Below are positions 55,488-60,804 of a DNA stretch of 60,804 bases, one piece after another; position 1 is the stretch's first letter, and every line of letters begins with the position of its first letter. This stretch comes from Candidatus Bathyarchaeota archaeon (GTDB lineage Archaea; Thermoproteota; Bathyarchaeia; Bathyarchaeales; DTEX01). Below the pieces are notes generated by a model that saw only the letters and a program-made list of their open reading frames with translations, was not told where the DNA came from and did no database searches. The DNA is taken from positions 1 through 60,804 of the forward strand of contig PIYB01000002.1 in the NCBI GenBank assembly GCA_003601835.1. Reading direction: 5' to 3'. Both the position numbers and the translations under genes were made by a program.

Positions 55488-55752
55488 TCTTCATCCTCCA
55501 ATCTTTAATCTAGGTATTCATTTTTTGTTGAAATCGGTTAACATTCAGCTCAATCCGTTATTTTAAGTTATCGCTGACGCGTTCCAATCTGTTTTTGGTT
55601 TTTCCATGTAAACATGCTTTGTTCATCCAGATTAGGTAATGAAAGATGGAGAAATGAGTGAGTTTGCTTGGTGGTTTCGTCTTTTCGCTTGGAATCTTCC
55701 GATGGGACGGGGTTGTCTTGTTTGATGTGTTTTTCGGTGGTTGGTTGAGGTT

Positions 55753-55807
55753 TATTACCTGAAAGTAACATTTATATATTACTGTATGGTAATTACTTTT
55801 TAGTAAT
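55753..55807 (+). promoter_or_regulatory. TATA-like box with clustered ATTAC/GTAAT half-sites upstream of the wHTH-hsp20 operon
   Basis: tttatatatt at 55771..55780. ATTAC occurs at 55753, 55779 and 55792. GTAAC is at 55765 and GTAAT at 55803. The inverted repeat ATTACT-tttt-AGTAAT (55792..55807) lies between the TATA and the ATG at 55825. Confidence 0.4.
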
Positions 55808-55824
55808 AAACGAGGCGAGGCTCA

Positions 55825-56238
55825 ATGACCCTCAAGCTTCAGCTAGTACAAGACGGCGAAGTAATATTCGAGATACCGCTCTCACCCAGCGACTGGCCGA
55901 AAGAACAGCTAAAAGAGGAACTGGATTCCATCGAAGAAGACTTCGACAGGTTTTCAAGGATCTTCAACGCCATGTCCAACGAGACCCGGCTTAGAATGAT
56001 GAAGAACCTCATACAAAAAGAGGACCAAACAATGAACTTCGCAGACTTCATGCACGAACTAGAATTAAACCCGAAGCTAGTCTGGGAGAACGCGAGAAGA
56101 CTAACCGAAGGCGGGCTGCTAACAAAAACTGGCAGAGGAAAATACAGCTGCTCAGAGTTTGGACAAAGAACGTTCATGATCATGAGCCTTGCCTTGAGAC
56201 GTTTAATCGAAACTCTTGAAGAGTTAGAAAAAATTTGA
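55825..56238 (+). CDS. ArsR/winged-HTH-type transcriptional regulator (possible heat-shock regulator)
   Basis: IFNAMSNETRLRMMKNLI...FADFMHELELNPKLVWENARRLTEGGLL is an ArsR-like wHTH. It lies 4 nt upstream of hsp20. Confidence 0.6.
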   Translation: MTLKLQLVQDGEVIFEIPLSPSDWPKEQLKEELDSIEEDFDRFSRIFNAMSNETRLRMMKNLIQKEDQTMNFADFMHELELNPKLVWENARRLTEGGLLTKTGRGKYSCSEFGQRTFMIMSLALRRLIETLEELEKI

Positions 56239-56242
56239 GGAG

Positions 56243-56851
56243 GTGAAGCGTATGGCAGACGAATACTGGGATAGATGGTTCAACTGGAGGAAAAGATCCC
56301 CGTTTTTCAGAAACATATTCGGCGACATAGATGAAGTTTTCAGGGAGATGGAGGAGATGATGCAAAGACAATTCGAAGAGTTCTCAAGAAGAACACCTAA
56401 AGACCTTGTCAGGGAAAGAACACTGCCAGACGGTACGAAGGTCCGTGAATGGGGACCATTTGTCTATGGGTACAGCGTAACCATCGGTCCAGACGGAAAA
56501 CCCCAGATCAGAGAGTTCGGCAACGTTAAACCGGAAAGCAGGTTTGGGCGGCCTCAGATTGACATAAAGGAACAGAGGGAACCACTGGTTGACATAATGG
56601 AGACCGACGGCGAAGTCAAGGTTGTCGCGGAACTGCCTGGGGTTGAAAAGAAAGACATCAAACTACATGCAACAGAGACAACAATGACAATCTCCGTGGA
56701 CACGCCTCAAAGAAAATACTACAAGGAGATTGAACTACCAGCCAAAGTTGACAACAAAAACCCGAAGGCCTCATACAAGAACGGGGTCCTAGAAGTCACC
56801 TTCAAGAAGAAGAAAGAACGCAAATTCAAAGGTGAGCCAATAGTCCTGTGA
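56243..56851 (+). CDS. small heat-shock protein (Hsp20/alpha-crystallin)
   Basis: VDIMETDGEVKVVAELPGVEKKDIKL...YYKEIELPAKVD...ASYKNGVLEVTFKK. Confidence 0.9.
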   Translation: MKRMADEYWDRWFNWRKRSPFFRNIFGDIDEVFREMEEMMQRQFEEFSRRTPKDLVRERTLPDGTKVREWGPFVYGYSVTIGPDGKPQIREFGNVKPESRFGRPQIDIKEQREPLVDIMETDGEVKVVAELPGVEKKDIKLHATETTMTISVDTPQRKYYKEIELPAKVDNKNPKASYKNGVLEVTFKKKKERKFKGEPIVL

Positions 56852-56997
56852 TCTTCTCCTCCCTTTTTTCAGGTTCCCACCCAACCAAAGAAAAATCTGT
56901 GAACGAAGCTCAGCTACCGTCATCTGTTGAAGATTCACAGCGCCGCACATAAAAAGAAAAAGCGAAAAGCATACGTCGCGACAGTTACGTTTTTGTA

Positions 56998-58332
56998 TCA
57001 TTTAAACTGCGGCATGAACTCAGCGTGAGCTGCTAGGAGCTCCTCCATTATTTTTTTGGCGGCTTTCATATCGTGAACGTACGGGCATGCGAGAATTGCT
57101 TGGTACAACAGGTTTTTGTCTCCGCTCAGCGCAGCGTCAACCGTGAGCTTCTGCCAGTTAAGAAGATGCAGAGTAAGCCCTAGGAAAGGTTTAGGAAGAT
57201 CCCCTGTAACTATCGGGGTTAACCCTCGTTTGTCAACGATGCAGTGGCCTTCAACTATGGCGTCATTCGGCAAGTTCGTTATAGCGCCGTCGTTCGGAAA
57301 GTTTATTCCTCCCCATTCTCGGCCTTCATTGGCAATGATGCTCACCATGATGCCTACGACATGCCTTGAATGGTGAAGATAGAAACAATATTGATCAGGA
57401 TGATCCTCATACGGGGCGCCTGCAACCATTTCCTCGATAAACTTCCACGCCTTAGAGGTCCATCCTAAGGCTGATGAAACCCGTTTCTTCTCCCGTTCCA
57501 TCAGAGCCCTGCGTTCCGCCAAAACCTCGTCATGCTCCCAGTACATCCGGCAGTGAGACGGGCACACGTTAAAGTAGCCGTATGTTTCAAGAAGCCGCAG
57601 CCTGAAATCGTCAACCGGGCTGAGAGATTTCCCAGTTTTCTCTTTGAACTTTTCCTCAAGAAGCGGGTACCCGTCTTCCCCGTTGACCAGAAGATCGACG
57701 AGCCATGTGCAGTGGTTGATCCCTATCGCCCTCGGTTTTATATCCGGGTTGTCAGTATACCTTCTTTCGAAAGGCGGCATATCCAACACATGCGGCAGAA
57801 AACTCATAGCGAACCCGGCGAAACAGTCGCACAACGCGATGAACCGTACCCTGGTTTCTCTTCGAACGGCGTCCGCCACGAAGTTAGTAGGATTAACATA
57901 GCTGATAGCCCAAGCGTTAGGACACAAATCCTCCATCATTCTACAGTATTCAACCGTGGCTGGAATGGTGCATTGAGCCATGAACGTGCCTCCAGGCCCA
58001 GCTGTTTCGTCGCCGCAAATGCCGTGTTTCGTCGGAATCTCAAAATCGTATCTCATGTGTTTTTCCCCGCCGATTCTGTAGCTCGGCATGACAAAGGTGG
58101 CCCCGTCAAGAGCCTTCTTCGCGTCTGTGGTCCATGTGAACCTCATCTTGACACCCGTTCTTTTGGACAGTTCCTCTCCGAGCTTGGTCAGCAACGGCAG
58201 CCGCTTTGGGTTTATATCCATCAAGCATACTTCGCTTCCTTCAAGAACCTCTTTGTTCTCAAGCATCACATACATCAAGGAAGGAACAAACGGGCTTCCG
58301 CCGCCTAAAATCACAATCTTCTCGTCCGCCAT
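56998..58332 (-). CDS. glycoside hydrolase family 4 (NAD/Mn-dependent glucosidase-like)
   Basis: KIVILGGGSPFVPSL N-terminal Rossmann fold and the INHCTW motif. 444 aa. Confidence 0.8.
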   Translation of the reverse strand: MADEKIVILGGGSPFVPSLMYVMLENKEVLEGSEVCLMDINPKRLPLLTKLGEELSKRTGVKMRFTWTTDAKKALDGATFVMPSYRIGGEKHMRYDFEIPTKHGICGDETAGPGGTFMAQCTIPATVEYCRMMEDLCPNAWAISYVNPTNFVADAVRRETRVRFIALCDCFAGFAMSFLPHVLDMPPFERRYTDNPDIKPRAIGINHCTWLVDLLVNGEDGYPLLEEKFKEKTGKSLSPVDDFRLRLLETYGYFNVCPSHCRMYWEHDEVLAERRALMEREKKRVSSALGWTSKAWKFIEEMVAGAPYEDHPDQYCFYLHHSRHVVGIMVSIIANEGREWGGINFPNDGAITNLPNDAIVEGHCIVDKRGLTPIVTGDLPKPFLGLTLHLLNWQKLTVDAALSGDKNLLYQAILACPYVHDMKAAKKIMEELLAAHAEFMPQFK

Positions 58333-58679
58333 ACCAAATCCTACCGGTTACTTGTCTACGTCTTAGTAATGCGCACCCTAGAGATATCTCTTTCCACAGA
58401 AGAACCTATGAAAAAACGAAAAAGACGGCAGAACAATCTTAAACCCGGCGCCTCCCGTTAATCCGTTACCTAAATTCTCAACCGAGGACTCTAGAATCCA
58501 CAACGCTTATTAATGGCTACGCTGCAGTGAATTGAGGTGGCATCAATGAGGGATCGCGTTTGCCTTCCGAACTCCCAATAATCCATCCATAGTTTACGCC
58601 ACCACAGAAAACACGTTTTCCCTCAGCATTCTTCCAACAAACGAGCCTTCTAGAAGAAAACAGGCTTATCAAACCGGAT

Positions 58680-58751
58680 GCCGGGATGGCCGAGTGGCTT
58701 AGGCAAGCGGCTGCAGACCGCTGTACGAGGGTTCAACTCCCTCTCCCGGCT
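58680..58751 (+). tRNA. tRNA-Cys(GCA), no encoded CCA, no intron
   Basis: GCCGGGA TG GCCGAGTGGCTTAGGC A AGCGG CTGCAGA CCGCT GTAC GAGGG TTCAACT CCCTC TCCCGGC T. The U73 discriminator is typical of tRNA-Cys. Confidence 0.9.
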
Positions 58752-58809
58752 TCAGAACCGTTTTTTGGCTGAGCAAAATCTGGTTTTTCTGAACAATGCA
58801 GAGAAGTTT

Positions 58810-59757
58810 CTATGCGGATTCTGTTTGTTTCGCTATTTTTATCACGTATTGTTTTGTTTGGGACCGCCTGTAGTCTTCGTTGCCTTCGAACTTGGCGTAA
58901 ACCTCAACGGTGTCATCCAGATCGGTCCTAGCAGCCTTCCATTCTGCGTTGAATTGGCCGTCAGCCTCGGTTACTGTTGAAACCAGCAGGTCGTCTCGCA
59001 TTATGTCCTTTTCAAGGATCTTCACCGTAACATTAGGCACAGGTTTCCCGGTTTCAGCCTCGGTGAGTTTTCCGGTGAATTTTATGGTTGAGCCGGGTTC
59101 CGCTGATTCTGGAAGCGGGTTCAACACGAGAACTGTTGGAACAGGCTTCGGCGTCTTCTTCGGCTTCGCTTTCTGAAGAATCTGGGTTACAACTGTTCCG
59201 CTGGGGATCAGAATCTCCCGGTCCTCGGTTTCTAGAACTAGATGCATAAGTCTGATCTCCTTAACTTCACCGGTCTGCCCGGCAACGGTTAGCTTGTCAC
59301 CTATCGCGAACGGTCGTGCCAACAAAAGGAAGACGCCGGCGACAACGTGTGAAAGGATGGTTTGAGTGGCAAACCCGACAACTAACCCTCCAAAGGAGCC
59401 GAGTGTCAAAGCAGCAGCGGGGTTAACATTGAAGATGCTGGACAGCAAGCCGAGTAGAAGCGCTACGCCTGACACTCTTGTCACGCTTTTTATGGCGGAA
59501 GCCGTCGGGTGATCCGTTAATCTAAGCATGTACGTGTACACAAGTCCGCTAACGGTGTTCAACACTAGGTAGCCGAATATCAAGACCAAAGCGGCTTTGA
59601 TGTATACTAAAGCCGGCAAAGCAAACATTATGATGTTGCTGTAGGGTTCGAGGAAAGGTGGGGTTCCTTCAAACGGGGGTTCGCCAAAAATGTAGCTGAT
59701 AAAAACTAAGGATGCACCTAACAACACGATATACGTAACTGTTTTGATGCCTCCCAT
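58810..59757 (-). CDS. MscS-family mechanosensitive channel with an extra C-terminal beta-sandwich (carboxypeptidase-regulatory-like) domain
   Basis: LGSFGGLVVGFATQTILSHVVAGVFLLLARPFAIGDKLTVAGQTGEVKEI is the MscS TM3-beta core. C-terminal GKPVPNVTVKILE...TEADGQF. The track ORF runs to 60081 but overlaps the zinc-ribbon gene; ATG 59757 (MGGIKTV) keeps three TM helices. Confidence 0.8.
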   Translation of the reverse strand: MGGIKTVTYIVLLGASLVFISYIFGEPPFEGTPPFLEPYSNIIMFALPALVYIKAALVLIFGYLVLNTVSGLVYTYMLRLTDHPTASAIKSVTRVSGVALLLGLLSSIFNVNPAAALTLGSFGGLVVGFATQTILSHVVAGVFLLLARPFAIGDKLTVAGQTGEVKEIRLMHLVLETEDREILIPSGTVVTQILQKAKPKKTPKPVPTVLVLNPLPESAEPGSTIKFTGKLTEAETGKPVPNVTVKILEKDIMRDDLLVSTVTEADGQFNAEWKAARTDLDDTVEVYAKFEGNEDYRRSQTKQYVIKIAKQTESA

Positions 59758-59989
59758 GCGGAGACTTCGCAGTTTCTCATCAACCCTAGCAACATTCAAA
59801 GCCAAGGCTACAAACACCTTTGATATTAAAGGAAGAAACAGGTAAATAACGCTTACGTGACGGTGAAAAACGTTTTTCCGAACAAAAAACAGGACAAAAA
59901 ACTTAAGAAAATCTGATGCTTGATGTCTGTGCCCCGTCAGCTTCAGCGGTTCTTTGACCCTAGCGTGAAAACTAGGTCGTGACCATTGC

Positions 59990-60145
59990 CTAATATCGTC
60001 TATAGTAGCTTCTTCTTCTCTGCGGTCTTCTCTTAGCCCAGCATTCCCGGCAGTAAACCGGTCGATTTGGGTCTGGCTCAAACGGAACTTCGCATTCTTT
60101 GCCGCATTCAGAGCAAACCGCTTTGTACATCTTGCGCTCGGACAT
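59990..60145 (-). CDS. CxxC-x17-CxxC zinc-ribbon protein
   Basis: Below the track cut-off. Hand translation gives MSERKMYKAVCSECGKECEVPFEPDPNRPVYCRECWAKRRPQRRRSYYRRY. It is preceded by ggagagtga (RBS-like). The pattern matches the CxxC-x17-CxxC family as I remember it. Confidence 0.6.
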   Translation of the reverse strand: MSERKMYKAVCSECGKECEVPFEPDPNRPVYCRECWAKRRPQRRRSYYRRY

Positions 60146-60309
60146 GCTACTCTTCACTCTCCTTACGTTTTTTCAGTGGCAAGAACTACAGTTACCTTGG
60201 AGGGGCTGTTGGTTCCTGCACCGCTGCTGTAGTTGAAGCCGCTTCCATATTAAACTTTCCTTTCCCCGGTGAAGGAGCAACGTTTTTAAGCCCTCATACT
60301 CACCGTATT

Positions 60310-60370
60310 ACCTGTGATGACGGACACCATTCTGAGCCTTAGTGATGATGAGATGGAGCGACACTGAAAA
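60310..60370 (+). ncRNA. C/D box sRNA (2'-O-methylation guide)
   Basis: C box GTGATGA at 60314..60320, an 11-nt spacer, D' CTGA at 60332..60335, a 9-nt loop, C' ATGATGA at 60345..60351, a 12-nt spacer, and D CTGA at 60364..60367. Box order, spacing and the 54-nt core length are the archaeal consensus. Confidence 0.7.
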
Positions 60371-60462
60371 ACAACAGCCGTCATCAACAGAAACAAGGCT
60401 TTTCCGAGCTGGAGTCTTCCTGCAGACGCTAATCGTTCACCGTGAACTCTTTCGCTGTGGAA

Positions 60463-60514
60463 CTGATGATGGCGAGTACGTTCCGTGTTCACGCAGCACA
60501 TCGGTTACTGCTGA
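60463..60514 (+). ncRNA. second, weaker C/D box sRNA candidate
   Basis: CTGATGA at 60463..60469 and CTGA at 60511..60514 are 52 nt apart, but the internal D'/C' boxes are unrecognisable (tccg / gcagca). Confidence 0.25.
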
Positions 60515-60804
60515 TAACTCTGTCAACCGATGTTCCACAGGCATGTCCTCTGTGACCGTGACTATCAGGTTGCCTCCGCACCCGGCTTCTTTTAAGATCT
60601 CAAGCGTCTTCCTTCTAACAGCCTCTGTTCCTTCAAGAAGACGACGCAGAAACCATCCATGAAGAACGGCTCGTTATGACAGGATACACATCGATATCCT
60701 TTCAACATGACAAGCTGCAGGATTGAAGGTTTTCTGGTTGACCCTTCAGCTCGCCGAAGGTTCACGTATTATTTTCGTCTACGCGAAACGACGATAACAA
60801 CCAT

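Noticed and set aside
1-60804. CRISPR arrays, rRNA genes, transposases or integrases, and recognisable defence or toxin-antitoxin islands.
   Set aside because: I saw no regularly spaced direct repeats, no rRNA-like conserved stretches, and no ORF with the corresponding motifs. The single PIN protein looks like the housekeeping Fcf1-type and has no adjacent antitoxin.

Overview
The window looks like an archaeal chromosomal segment that is mostly housekeeping. The archaeal call rests on aEF-1alpha, aIF2 alpha and gamma, Nop10, eL21/eL42/eS27, Rpo4, Pus10, FEN1, PolD DP1, BRE/TATA-like promoters, and tRNAs with bulge-helix-bulge introns. A TACK-type lineage such as Bathyarchaeia is only a guess.

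I support about 60 protein genes, 4 tRNAs and several small non-coding elements.

- **Conserved information-processing clusters:**
  - pus10, rpl21e, rpoF, DUF655, ksgA.
  - rpl44e, rps27e, eif2a, nop10, PAC2.
  - tuf and eif2g.
- **Central metabolism:** class I gap plus pgk, myo-inositol-1-phosphate synthase, ribK, pncA, thrB.
- **Transport and sugar use:** one ABC importer locus and scattered sugar-utilisation genes.
- **Not seen:** I did not see a CRISPR array, transposase, integrase, rRNA or recognisable defence island.

Items worth a second look:
1. A tRNA gene that only resolves as tRNA-Phe(GAA) if two introns are removed. This leaves a 7-nt anticodon micro-exon.
2. A textbook C/D box sRNA in the otherwise unexplained 3' end of the window.
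3. A tightly packed cluster of a PurD-like ATP-grasp, a HAD-like protein, an Ftr-like formyltransferase and a PfkB kinase. No pathway is assigned.
4. An alpha-glucan phosphorylase with an N-terminal YHS/TRASH metal-binding domain.
5. An imperfect 66-69 bp inverted repeat with a promoter-like core, flanking a 5.1 kb tRNA-containing segment.
6. An RHH/zinc-ribbon protein with TACGTA operator-like repeats, upstream of a divergent FtsZ-like gene.
7. An amidohydrolase interrupted by an in-frame TAG.

Three protein genes missing from the ORF track were found by hand translation: DP1 at the window edge, nop10, and a CxxC-x17-CxxC zinc ribbon. All family calls come from motif recognition by eye. No searches or folding programs were run.
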